Source: Pusillimonas sp. (lineage in GTDB: Bacteria > Pseudomonadota > Gammaproteobacteria > Burkholderiales > Burkholderiaceae_B). Taken from it: DNA of 24,000 nt. The stretch is taken from contig NZ_DATJBQ010000074.1 of NCBI RefSeq assembly GCF_035515275.1, positions 15,271 to 39,270 of the forward strand, in the 5' to 3' direction. The notes beneath the pieces were generated by a model that ran no database searches, was not told where the DNA came from, and was given only the letters and a program-made list of their open reading frames with translations. A program made the position numbers and the translations under genes. Below, piece by piece: positions 9,285-17,094 of this stretch. Position 1 is the stretch's first letter. Every line of letters begins with the position of its first letter.

Positions 9285-10679
9285 ATGTACCGATCCGCAC
9301 AACCCGAAACTGCGCTCGCGCGTTGGCTGATTCTGTCATTCATGGCCATCGCCATGGCGATGTTGTTTGCCGGCGCAACCGCCTCTTATGCCAAGAGTCC
9401 CGTCGTCGAGTTGCAGCTCGACGGCGTAATCAGTCCGGCATCTTCCGACTTTGTCGTTCGCGGGCTTGAGCGCGCCGCCAAAGACCAGGCTCAGCTCGTC
9501 GTCATCACCCTGGACACCCCCGGTGGGCTTGATGCTTCAATGCGCAGCATCGTCAAAGCCATACTTGCCTCTCCTGTTCCGGTGGCAACGTATGTGGCCC
9601 CTTCGGGCGCACGCGCCGCCAGTGCGGGCACCTTCATTTTATACGCCAGCCACATCGCCGCCATGGCGCCGGCCAGCAATATCGGCGCCGCCACTCCGGT
9701 GCAAATTGGCGGCGCCCAGCCTGACAAAAAGAAACCCGACCAGGGCGACACCGAGCCTTTGGATGCATCAGGGCGTAAAGCACGCAATGACGCGGCCGCC
9801 TACATACGAAGCCTGGCTCAACTTCGCGATCGCAATCCTGAATTTGCTGAAAAGGCCGTGCTGGATGCCGCCAGCATGTCAGCGCAAGAAGCCCTGAACG
9901 GCAACGTCATCGACGTTGTTGCCAACGACCTGCCCGACCTGTTGCGCAAGGTGGACGGGCGCCGTATCACGCTCCAGAACGGCCTGACAGCAAATCTTCA
10001 GACAGCCGACGCCGCAGTCAAGCAGGTTCAGCCCGACTGGCGAACCAAACTGTTATTGCTTATTGCCAACCCGCAAGTGGCCGTTATTTTAATGATGATC
10101 GGCGTCTATGGCCTGTTCTACGAGGTCACCAGCCCGGGCCTTGCCGGGCCTGGTGTTGCAGGCCTTATTTGTCTGCTCTTGGCCTTTTATGCCTTTCAGT
10201 TGTTACCCGTAAACTGGGCTGGAGTAGGGCTGATCTTTTTGGGTTTAAGTCTGATGGTGGCCGAGGTGTTTTTGCCAAGCTTCGGTATTGCAGGGGCCGG
10301 GGGAGTGGCGGCGTTTGTGCTTGGCGGCATCTTTCTGACCGACGGCGACGTGCCTGGTTTCGAGCTGGGTCTGTCTTTTATTGTGGGCTCGGCGTTGTTC
10401 AGCGTTGCCTTGCTGCTGGTGATGGGGCGGGTTGCCTTGCGTTCGCACCGAAAGCCTGTGGTCAGTGGCGCCGAATACATGATAGGCCAGAAGGGCAGGG
10501 TCACCCACCTGAAAAGCGGCATCGCTTACGCCGAAATTCAAGGCGAACTCTGGCGAGTACGAAGCCACGCCCCACTGCAGCCGGGGCAACCGATACGGGT
10601 GGTCTCAATGGATGGACTGACACTCGACGTCGAGCTCATCGAACATGCCGGCAGCGTGCCGCCCGAATCCAATTCCTAA
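9285..10679 (+). CDS. Long-form NfeD membrane-bound ClpP-class serine protease (signal peptide, protease domain, TM block, C-terminal OB fold)
   Basis: Signal-like N-terminus. The protease core is [11 protein letters not shown]...[16 protein letters not shown]. About 5 hydrophobic helices lie in residues ~255-385. The C-terminal NfeD OB-like segment is [27 protein letters not shown]. It lies directly upstream of an SPFH gene, which is the canonical pairing. Confidence 0.85.
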   Translation: MYRSAQPETALARWLILSFMAIAMAMLFAGATASYAKSPVVELQLDGVISPASSDFVVRGLERAAKDQAQLVVITLDTPGGLDASMRSIVKAILASPVPVATYVAPSGARAASAGTFILYASHIAAMAPASNIGAATPVQIGGAQPDKKKPDQGDTEPLDASGRKARNDAAAYIRSLAQLRDRNPEFAEKAVLDAASMSAQEALNGNVIDVVANDLPDLLRKVDGRRITLQNGLTANLQTADAAVKQVQPDWRTKLLLLIANPQVAVILMMIGVYGLFYEVTSPGLAGPGVAGLICLLLAFYAFQLLPVNWAGVGLIFLGLSLMVAEVFLPSFGIAGAGGVAAFVLGGIFLTDGDVPGFELGLSFIVGSALFSVALLLVMGRVALRSHRKPVVSGAEYMIGQKGRVTHLKSGIAYAEIQGELWRVRSHAPLQPGQPIRVVSMDGLTLDVELIEHAGSVPPESNS

Positions 10680-10701
10680 CTCATCATTAAGGAAAGCACT
10701 T

Positions 10702-11562
10702 ATGTACTTCATTGATTTCGACCTTAACTTTGGCCTGATCGTGCTGGCGATCGCCATCGTGATCATACTGGTCAATACACTAAAGATCCTGCGCGAGTAT
10801 CAACGAGGTGTCATATTTACCCTGGGGCGATTTACGGGGGTCAAGGGCCCCGGCCTTATTATTGTCATTCCCGGGCTGCAGCAGATGGTACGCGTCGACC
10901 TTCGGGTGGTCACCATGGACGTTCCCAGCCAAGATGTTATTTCGCGCGACAACGTATCGGTCAGCGTCAACGCCGTTATTTACTTTAGGGTGGTGGCGCC
11001 CGACAAGGCCATTATCCAGGTTGAACGCTACCTGGACGCCACCAGCCAGTTGGCGCAAACCACTTTGCGCGCCGTACTGGGCAAGCACGATCTTGACGAC
11101 ATGCTTTCCGAGCGCGAAAAACTCAATCAAGACATTCAAGTCATACTCGATCAGCAAACAGACGGCTGGGGCATCAAGGTCACCAATGTTGAAATCAAGC
11201 ATATCGACCTGAATGAAAGCATGATTCGAGCCATCGCCCGCCAGGCCGAGGCCGAACGCGAACGTCGCGCCAAGGTCATTCACGCCGAAGGCGAGAAACA
11301 GGCCGCACAGGCGCTGATGGAAGCCGCGCAAACGCTGGCCGAACAGCCCTCGGCCATGCAACTTCGCTATCTGCAAACGCTTACACAGGTGGCCGGTGAC
11401 AAATCATCGACTTTAGTCTTTCCCGTGCCTGTCGATATGCTTGCCGGCTTTATCGATAAGGCCGGCAAGGGCTTTTCGCCCATCGTTCCGGCAACGCCGT
11501 CGCGGCCGACTCCACCGGCCACCGATCCCGATCTTCCGCGTCGTATCGACCCGGTGGCCTAG
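10702..11562 (+). CDS. SPFH / band-7 (stomatin-like) membrane protein
   Basis: An N-terminal TM segment is followed by [28 protein letters not shown]...[23 protein letters not shown] and a coiled [20 protein letters not shown] segment. I chose ATG 10702 because AAGGAAAG lies at 10689-10696; the track start at 10645 overlaps nfeD and adds a non-protein-like leader. Confidence 0.9.
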   Translation: MYFIDFDLNFGLIVLAIAIVIILVNTLKILREYQRGVIFTLGRFTGVKGPGLIIVIPGLQQMVRVDLRVVTMDVPSQDVISRDNVSVSVNAVIYFRVVAPDKAIIQVERYLDATSQLAQTTLRAVLGKHDLDDMLSEREKLNQDIQVILDQQTDGWGIKVTNVEIKHIDLNESMIRAIARQAEAERERRAKVIHAEGEKQAAQALMEAAQTLAEQPSAMQLRYLQTLTQVAGDKSSTLVFPVPVDMLAGFIDKAGKGFSPIVPATPSRPTPPATDPDLPRRIDPVA

Positions 11563-11595
11563 CCGGCGCAATGAACGCTTGAACCCGGAGCGGGC

Positions 11596-12789
11596 ATGTT
11601 TAGTGTGCACACCCCAACTAAAAAACAAAAATTCAGAACAAGCAGTCTGGTGGGCGTCTTACTGTTGTTTTCGACCTTACTGCAAGGCCCGGTCAAGGCT
11701 GAAACCCAGATTTATCAAAGCCCGGCCGGGCCTCTTGAAGTCACCACGCTGCTAAAGGGGCTTGAGAATCCCTGGGCAATGGCCTTTTTACCTGACAACC
11801 AAGGGATGCTGATTACTGAAAGGCCGGGCCGGTTGCGGTTCTGGTCGCCGCCAAGCGGCTTGACCCCTGCACTCGAAGGCGTGCCGCAGGTTTTCGCCCA
11901 GGGCCAGGGAGGCTTGCTCGATGTGGTCCTGGCGCCCGATTTTTTGCAGTCGCGGCGCGTTTACTTATCGTACGCAGAAGGCTCGATACGCAACCCCCGC
12001 GAAGGGCCTGCGGGCACAGCAGTGGGATACGGGGTCTTGTCCGACGACAAGCGTCGGCTCCAGAACTTTCAAGTTATTTTCCGTCAACAGCCCAAGCTAT
12101 CATCCGGCGTGCATTTCGGCTCCCGTCTGGTATTCGATGGTAAAGGCCACTTATACATCGCCCTGGGCGAAAACAACCAACGCCCCACGGCTCAGGATCT
12201 GGACAAATTGCAGGGCAAGCTGGTTCGCGTGAATGCCGACGGTAGCGTACCCCAAGACAACCCGTTTGTAGGCCGCGAAGGCGTTGCCCCCGAAATCTGG
12301 TCGTACGGTCACCGCAATCAGCAGGGTGCTGCGCTAAATCCGGCAACAGGAGTGGTATGGACCCATGAGCACGGCCCACGCGGCGGAGACGAAATAAATA
12401 TTCCTCAGGCCGGTAAAAACTACGGCTGGCCGCTGGCGACCCACGGCATCAATTATTCCGGCCTCGCCATTCCTGAGGCCAAGGGCAAATCAGCTCCGGG
12501 TACCGAAGCGCCACACTATGTCTGGGAAAAATCACCCGCCATCAGCGGCATGGCATTTTATGATTCCGATCGATTCAAGCCTTGGGCCAACTCGCTTTTC
12601 ATTGGTGCGTTGGTCGATAAATCGGTCATACGCCTAACACTTGAAGGCGATCGCATTGCAGGGGAAGAGCGCCTGCTCAAGGAGCTGGGGGCACGCATAC
12701 GCGATGTGCGGCAAGGACCTGACGGCTATCTTTATGTGCTGACCGACGAACGCGACGGCCGCCTCTTGAAAGTAGGGCTGCAGCCCTGA
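11596..12789 (+). CDS. yliI: PQQ-dependent soluble aldose/sugar dehydrogenase (YliI/Asd family), secreted
   Basis: Signal peptide, then GLENPWAMAFLPDNQGMLITERPGRLR...GQGGLLDVVLAPDF..SRRVYLSY...HFGSRLVF...GHRNQQG...HGPRGGDE, which parallels E. coli YliI. GGAG lies upstream of the ATG. Confidence 0.85.
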   Translation: MFSVHTPTKKQKFRTSSLVGVLLLFSTLLQGPVKAETQIYQSPAGPLEVTTLLKGLENPWAMAFLPDNQGMLITERPGRLRFWSPPSGLTPALEGVPQVFAQGQGGLLDVVLAPDFLQSRRVYLSYAEGSIRNPREGPAGTAVGYGVLSDDKRRLQNFQVIFRQQPKLSSGVHFGSRLVFDGKGHLYIALGENNQRPTAQDLDKLQGKLVRVNADGSVPQDNPFVGREGVAPEIWSYGHRNQQGAALNPATGVVWTHEHGPRGGDEINIPQAGKNYGWPLATHGINYSGLAIPEAKGKSAPGTEAPHYVWEKSPAISGMAFYDSDRFKPWANSLFIGALVDKSVIRLTLEGDRIAGEERLLKELGARIRDVRQGPDGYLYVLTDERDGRLLKVGLQP

Positions 12790-12795
12790 AGACAA

Positions 12796-12821
12796 GCCCG
12801 ACAAACTGAAAAGTGTCGGGC
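12796..12821. terminator. Hairpin between convergent yliI-like and usp genes (possible terminator)
   Basis: 8-bp perfect stem GCCCGACA (12796-12803) and TGTCGGGC (12814-12821) with a 10-nt loop. There is no clear U-tract on either side. Confidence 0.35.
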
Positions 12822-12832
12822 CTGCAATGCGC

Positions 12833-13258
12833 CTACTTGACCAAAGTAACCGGAATGTCGGTCAGGCTGAGCACCTTGGTGGCGACCGACCCCAACAACA
12901 AGCCCGAGATCCGGCCCAAGCCGCGGGTACCCATTACCAGATGATCGCAGCCGTGCTTCTGGGCATAGTCAACAATGCTTTCGGCAACTGAGCCCACCAC
13001 CACTTCAAACTCTGCTTTCGCCGTCGACCGAGCCAGAAGCTCGCGTGCACCGACCAGGCACTTCTCGCCTTCTTCTTGGTAGTATTCGTCGAGAATCTCT
13101 GCCGATATAAAGCGCTTGACGTTGCCTGATGCAATGGGCGGCTGCACTGTGATGACACGCAGTGAAGTGCCGCTGCGCCCTTCGGTGATGGCCAGGGCTG
13201 CTTTCAGAGCGTTAAGCGATGATTCCGAACCGTCGATGGGAACAAGTACTGTATTCAT
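12833..13258 (-). CDS. Universal stress protein (UspA family)
   Basis: MNTVLVPIDGSESSLNALKAA... and the C-terminal ATP-binding-type motif LVMGTRGLGRISGLLLGSVATKVL. I chose the internal ATG at 13258 because the family normally starts at this position; the track start at 13318 adds 20 atypical residues. Confidence 0.85.
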   Translation of the reverse strand: MNTVLVPIDGSESSLNALKAALAITEGRSGTSLRVITVQPPIASGNVKRFISAEILDEYYQEEGEKCLVGARELLARSTAKAEFEVVVGSVAESIVDYAQKHGCDHLVMGTRGLGRISGLLLGSVATKVLSLTDIPVTLVK

Positions 13259-13385
13259 GTGAAAGACACCTGATAAAAGCGATTGAATCCGCGTCAGCCG
13301 GCACGGATGAGGTTTCAAGCGCTTATCTTAAACCAAAGTATGTACTGCTTTGGGTGAGCACGCCGATTTAAAACGGCAGATGCAC

Positions 13386-13901
13386 TTATGCAGCACTATG
13401 ATCATCAACGCTTTCGTATAGTTTGCGCAGCAAATCGATGAGGGTGTCGCGCTCTTGCCTCGACAGTGCATGGGCAGCTTGCTCTTCAATCTGCAGCGCG
13501 GTGGCCTCAGCCTGCTCGCACAGGCTTTTACCGGCGGGCGTCAACGAAAACGACTGAATGCGGCCGTCGTGCGGGCTGCGACGACGCATAATCAGCTTGC
13601 GTGCCTGCAACCTTTCAAGCACCGGTGCCAGATTTGGCGGCGCTACCCCTATGCCTTGAGCAACCTGCTTTTGGCTGATGCCCGGGTTGACGCTAAGCAG
13701 GCTCAAGACGGCAAAGTCGGCCGGCCGCAATTTGAAAGATGCCATTCTTACGTCTGAGAAGGGCTGTACGCGAATGAAAGCACGGCGACAGTGATAGCCG
13801 AGCAGCTGCTGCATCAGCGGCGGCTTCAAGCCAGGCGCAGGCTGTTCGACCTGCGCCTGTGCGGCGGTAGTGGCTTGAGTTGCCAGTTCTGCCGAAGCCA
13901 T
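13386..13901 (-). CDS. MarR-family transcriptional regulator, co-oriented and probably co-transcribed with the upstream CoA ligase gene
   Basis: Winged-helix core FAVLSLLSVNPGISQKQVAQGIGVAPPNLAPVLERLQARKLIMRRRSPHDGRIQSFSLTPAG. The start is uncertain: ATG 13901 lies 1 nt after the upstream stop (TGAAATG). Alternatives are 13949 (47-nt overlap), 13925 and 13814. Confidence 0.8.
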   Translation of the reverse strand: MASAELATQATTAAQAQVEQPAPGLKPPLMQQLLGYHCRRAFIRVQPFSDVRMASFKLRPADFAVLSLLSVNPGISQKQVAQGIGVAPPNLAPVLERLQARKLIMRRRSPHDGRIQSFSLTPAGKSLCEQAEATALQIEEQAAHALSRQERDTLIDLLRKLYESVDDHSAA

Positions 13902-13902
13902 T

Positions 13903-15888
13903 TCAGGATTCGGCGGTGGTTGCATTGAGTCGGGCCGCAAAATCGACATACCAGGCCATGCTTTCCGGGTTGGCCATGGCGTCGGGGCTGGCGACGTTCT
14001 GAACGCTTGCGCCCAGAAGCAGCTTGCGTACAGGCAGTTCCATTTTTTTGCCGCTGAGGGTGCGGGGAATCTGCCGCACGCCGATCACTTCGTTGGGCAC
14101 ATGGCGCGCCGACGCCTTGGTTCGTATTTGCTCTTTGATGCGCGCGATCAGCGCCTGGTCCAGTTCGACGCCTTCGGCGAGCACCACAAACAAGGGCATG
14201 TACGAAGGCCGGCCCAGGTACTCGAGGTCGACCACCATGCTGTCGCGCACTTCGGGCAGCTCTTCGACCACACGATAGATTTCGGCCGTGCCCATGCGTA
14301 TGCCGTAACGATTGATGGTGGTGTCGGAACGACCATAAATAACGGCTGTACCTTCGGGACTGAAGCGTATCCAGTCGCCGTGGCGCCAATAGCCCGGAAA
14401 AGTTTCAAAGTAGCTTTCAAGATAACGCTTGTTGCCGGGGTCATTCCAGAAAAAAAGCGGCATCGAGGGCATGGGTTTGGTAATGACCAGTTCGCCAACC
14501 TCGTTGACCACAGGCCTTCCGTCGTCGGTGAACGAGTAGGCGGCAACCCCCAGTTCTCGGCATTGAATCTCGCCGGCCGTTACGGGTAGGTTCGGCGCAC
14601 AGGCGACAAAGCCCGAGGCAATATCGGTACCGCCACTGATGGAGGCCAGCCATAAATCACGCTTGACGTGCTTGTAGACCCATTCGTAAGCATCAAGCGG
14701 CAAGGGGGAGCCGGTAGAGTTTATGGCCCGCAGCGCCTTGAAATCGCCTTCACGGGCGGGCTCAACGCCGTCTTTCTTGCACTGCACCAAGAACGCGGCG
14801 CCGCAACCAAAATGAGTGACTCCGTGGTCATTGATGAATTTCCACAACGAGCGCGCATCGGGATAGGTGGGGTTGCCGTCGTACAGGACCACGGTTGCTC
14901 CCGTCAACAGTCCGCCCACCATCAGGTTCCAGACTATCCAGCCGGTGCTGCCCAGGAACATGAAGCGGTCGCCGCTGCGCACGTCGTGTTGCAACTGCAT
15001 GGTCTTGAGGTGAGTAAGCACAATACCACCGTGCCCATGCACCATGGCCTTGGGCATGCCGGTTGTGCCGGACGAATAGACAATCCAAAGCGGATGGTCG
15101 AAGGGCAGCCGCTCGTAGTGCAAGGGTGCAGGCTGTGAAAGGGCCTCGTGCCACGTTACATACCCGCGCCAGGCCGGAGTGGGGCCCTGGGCGGGGCCGC
15201 CCACATGGACGACATGCTCGATCGAAGGCAGCTCGGCAAGCAGTTCGGAAACGACCTGATCGCGTTCATGGACCTTGCCGTTATAGCGGTAGCTGTCTAC
15301 AGCAAACATGACCTTGGGCTCGATCTGACGAAAGCGGTCGACCACCACCGACACACCCATTTCAGGCGAGCAACTTGACCATATCGCCCCAATGCTGGCG
15401 CAAGCCAGAAAAGCCACCACGGTTTCAGGCAGGTTGGGCATGTACGAAACGACGCGGTCGCCGGGCTCTACGCCCGCCTTGCGCAAGTATGCCGCCAGGG
15501 CGCCGGTCGCTTCCTGCAACGATTGCCAGGAAACCTCGCGCAAATCGCGGCCTTCGCTGCGTGCAAGCAGGGCCGGGCGGTTGGTGTCCGCGTTGCGGAA
15601 CACATGTTCTGCGTAGTTGAGCTTTACGTCAGGAAACCATCGAGCCCCTGGCATGGCGGTATCGGCCAGCACCGTGCTTGGGTCGCCGTCGGCCTGAATA
15701 TTGAAGAAGCGCCATACGGCAGACCAGAACTCGTCGAGCTCGTCGACCGACCATTGCCACAGCGCGGCGTAGTCATCAAAACTTTTGCCGTGCTCATCCT
15801 TCAGATACTGGGTGAAATGTGCCAGGCGGCTTTCGTTGATCTGCGGTGTTGTGGGTTGCCACAGTACTTCGCCTTGCTCAATGGTCAT
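13903..15888 (-). CDS. Acetoacetyl-CoA synthetase (acetoacetate-CoA ligase, ANL superfamily)
   Basis: Length is 661 aa. The N-terminus is typical of acetoacetyl-CoA synthetases (VLWQPT...S.L..F...L...G.SF.DY..LWQWSV.ELDEFWSAVW.FF). AMP-binding motif VYSSGTTGMPKAMVH, and the C-terminal IPRTLSGKKMELPVRKLL. Confidence 0.85.
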   Translation of the reverse strand: MTIEQGEVLWQPTTPQINESRLAHFTQYLKDEHGKSFDDYAALWQWSVDELDEFWSAVWRFFNIQADGDPSTVLADTAMPGARWFPDVKLNYAEHVFRNADTNRPALLARSEGRDLREVSWQSLQEATGALAAYLRKAGVEPGDRVVSYMPNLPETVVAFLACASIGAIWSSCSPEMGVSVVVDRFRQIEPKVMFAVDSYRYNGKVHERDQVVSELLAELPSIEHVVHVGGPAQGPTPAWRGYVTWHEALSQPAPLHYERLPFDHPLWIVYSSGTTGMPKAMVHGHGGIVLTHLKTMQLQHDVRSGDRFMFLGSTGWIVWNLMVGGLLTGATVVLYDGNPTYPDARSLWKFINDHGVTHFGCGAAFLVQCKKDGVEPAREGDFKALRAINSTGSPLPLDAYEWVYKHVKRDLWLASISGGTDIASGFVACAPNLPVTAGEIQCRELGVAAYSFTDDGRPVVNEVGELVITKPMPSMPLFFWNDPGNKRYLESYFETFPGYWRHGDWIRFSPEGTAVIYGRSDTTINRYGIRMGTAEIYRVVEELPEVRDSMVVDLEYLGRPSYMPLFVVLAEGVELDQALIARIKEQIRTKASARHVPNEVIGVRQIPRTLSGKKMELPVRKLLLGASVQNVASPDAMANPESMAWYVDFAARLNATTAES

Positions 15889-15921
15889 GCCAAACCCTCT
15901 CGATTTCGTTTGCGTAGAACA

Positions 15922-15946
15922 ATTTACTTATGATACATAAGTAAAT
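15922..15946. promoter_or_regulatory. Perfect 11-bp inverted repeat (ATTTACTTATG-ATA-CATAAGTAAAT), a candidate MarR operator in the promoter/5'UTR of the CoA ligase-marR operon
   Basis: Read directly from the sequence. The arms are 15922-15932 and 15936-15946 and are exact reverse complements. The site lies 34-58 nt upstream of the ATG at 15888. The centre contains TATCAT/ATGATA, which are -10-like hexamers. Confidence 0.45.
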
Positions 15947-16099
15947 GGCTCGGCAATCACGCAAGACGACTAGGGATAACCATGTCTTCTGCTTAAAGAA
16001 CACGCAGCGCTGTTACAAACTGCATTTCTTTTAACCATTGAACCGCAAAGGCTGACGCACACTACAGTTTGATGGCGTGACCAAGACTTATCAGCATAG

Positions 16100-16128
16100 T
16101 TATGCACAGACTTTGTGGATAATTCACA
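16100..16128. promoter_or_regulatory. Cluster of DnaA-box-like 9-mers
   Basis: TTATGCACA (16100-16108, + strand) fits TTATNCACA. TGTGGATAA (16114-16122) is a perfect TTATCCACA on the - strand. TAATTCACA (16120-16128, + strand) has one mismatch. Confidence 0.4.
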
Positions 16129-16208
16129 AAACGCTTCCGAAAAATTTGGCGATTCAGGGGCAGGCCTTGCCGATCATCGTTGGGGTCGCGCAGCAGCTCA
16201 GATGACAA

Positions 16209-16276
16209 AGGCGGCGTAGGCAATTAAGCCGGCTTCGCAAGTTTTTGCAAAACCGGCTGAACTGCCTACGCCGCCT
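16209..16276 (-). terminator. 68-nt nested imperfect hairpin downstream of azurin (possible terminator or REP-like element)
   Basis: The outer 14-bp perfect stem is AGGCGGCGTAGGCA (16209-16222) and TGCCTACGCCGCCT (16263-16276). The inner stem is 16228-16240 with 16245-16257 (11 of 13 pairs) and loop GTTT. On the - strand it is followed only by UUUGU. A separate 7-bp hairpin, CCTGATC-ACC-GATCAGG, lies at 16292-16308. Confidence 0.4.
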
Positions 16277-16351
16277 GAACGGAAAAGCTTGCCTGATCAC
16301 CGATCAGGTCGCCGGCACCGCCAAGATTAACTGGACGGCGCCTGTAAAGAC

Positions 16352-16801
16352 TTAGCTGCTGAGCTTAAGTGGGCCTTTCATGACTGCCCAGTGACCCGGG
16401 AAGGAACAAAAAAACATGTACTCTTCGCCTTCTTTGAGCTTGCTGACGTCGAAGGTAACCGAGCTTTCTTGGCCGCCGCCGATCATGTCAGTATGCGCGA
16501 TGACGCGATCGTCGCCAGCTTTAAGGTAGCCGTTGGCAGCGCCTGCAGCCATGCCGTCGGTGGCCGTGGCCTGCATGTCGGCCGATTTGGTCAGCACCCA
16601 GTTATGCCCCATGGCGGCGACCGGCAGCTTGCCCACGTGCTTCAGGTGCACCGTGTACTTTTCGCAGGATTTGTCGACTGTCATTTCTTTGAGGTTGAAC
16701 TGCATAGCATCGTTGCCTTCGATGGTGGCTTCGCAGTTGGCGGCCATGGCCGGCAGGGCGGCAGCAGACAGAAGGGCGGCAAACGCAAATTTAGCAAACA
16801 T
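16352..16801 (-). CDS. azu: Azurin (type-1 blue copper protein) precursor
   Basis: Signal peptide [20 protein letters not shown]. The mature sequence is highly similar to Alcaligenes/Bordetella azurins ([39 protein letters not shown]). The copper ligands sit in GHNW (His) and [14 protein letters not shown] (Cys, His, Met). GGAG lies upstream of the ATG. Confidence 0.95.
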   Translation of the reverse strand: MFAKFAFAALLSAAALPAMAANCEATIEGNDAMQFNLKEMTVDKSCEKYTVHLKHVGKLPVAAMGHNWVLTKSADMQATATDGMAAGAANGYLKAGDDRVIAHTDMIGGGQESSVTFDVSKLKEGEEYMFFCSFPGHWAVMKGPLKLSS

Positions 16802-16931
16802 ATCAAGCTCCGTTTGAATGATGAACCAGCAAAATAAGATCGGCCTTGGCTTTAAATGCCAAAGCGGCGGCCGAGCCGTATGAGCTCATTCTACCCTTAC
16901 TATGTCCTAAGGCCCTCGCGCCGTATCAAAC

Positions 16932-16974
16932 ACAATGTAAAAAACAATGTAAAAAGCCCGCCTTGAAGGCGGGC
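16932..16974 (-). terminator. Rho-independent terminator of the binding-protein gene, with a tandemly duplicated tail
   Basis: Stem GCCCGCC (16956-16962) and GGCGGGC (16968-16974) with loop TTGAA. On the - strand it is followed by UUUUUACAUUGUUUUUUACAUUGU. The + strand shows a perfect 12-nt tandem repeat ACAATGTAAAAA x2 at 16932-16955. Confidence 0.75.
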
Positions 16975-16977
16975 CAG

Positions 16978-17019
16978 ACAAGACAGACTGGTCTTGTAGG
17001 CGCGCCATCCCGGCGCGCC
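16978..17019 (-). other. Two additional stem-loops in the 3'UTR of the binding-protein gene
   Basis: ACAAGAC (16978-16984) pairs with GTCTTGT (16991-16997) around a 6-nt loop. GGCGCGCC (16999-17006) pairs with GGCGCGCC (17012-17019) around a 5-nt loop. Both were read directly. Confidence 0.5.
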
Positions 17020-17048
17020 CATGCCGTGTGTGTTCGGCTTATTGCTTT

Positions 17049-17081
17049 TTATTGAATGTTGTTATTGACTATTATTATTGA
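17049..17081. repeat. Three TTATTGA heptamers at exact 13-nt spacing in an AT-rich tract
   Basis: TTATTGA occurs at 17049-17055, 17062-17068 and 17075-17081. On the - strand this reads TCAATAA-N6 x3 with AAUAAUAAU and AAUAACAAC runs, starting immediately after the stop codon at 17095-17097. Confidence 0.6.
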
Positions 17082-17094
17082 CTGTTCTTAGTGT

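Noticed and set aside
10780-11376. 198-aa minus-strand ORF inside the SPFH gene
   Set aside because: It is antisense to a strongly supported SPFH domain gene and has no motifs.
13259-13385. Possible FNR box or regulatory hairpin (CCAAAG-N9-CTTTGG at 13333-13353) upstream of usp
   Set aside because: The stem is a short 6 bp with a long loop, and the TTGAA...GTCA sequence does not fit TTGAT-N4-ATCAA. I see no support beyond chance.
13826-14389. 187-aa minus-strand ORF out of frame within the acetoacetyl-CoA synthetase 3' region
   Set aside because: The product is Arg/His/Pro-rich, and the ligase frame is continuous with conserved C-terminal motifs.
16100-16128. Interpreting the DnaA-box cluster as the chromosomal replication origin
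   Set aside because: There is no dnaA/dnaN/gidA/parAB context, no adjacent AT-rich 13-mer-type unwinding element, and only 2-3 boxes. I kept it only as a possible extra-origin DnaA site.
16916-16929. FNR/ANR-type box upstream of azurin (ATCAA half-site at 16925-16929)
   Set aside because: The partner half-site reads TCGCG instead of TTGAT (2 of 5 matches), so only a half-site is present.
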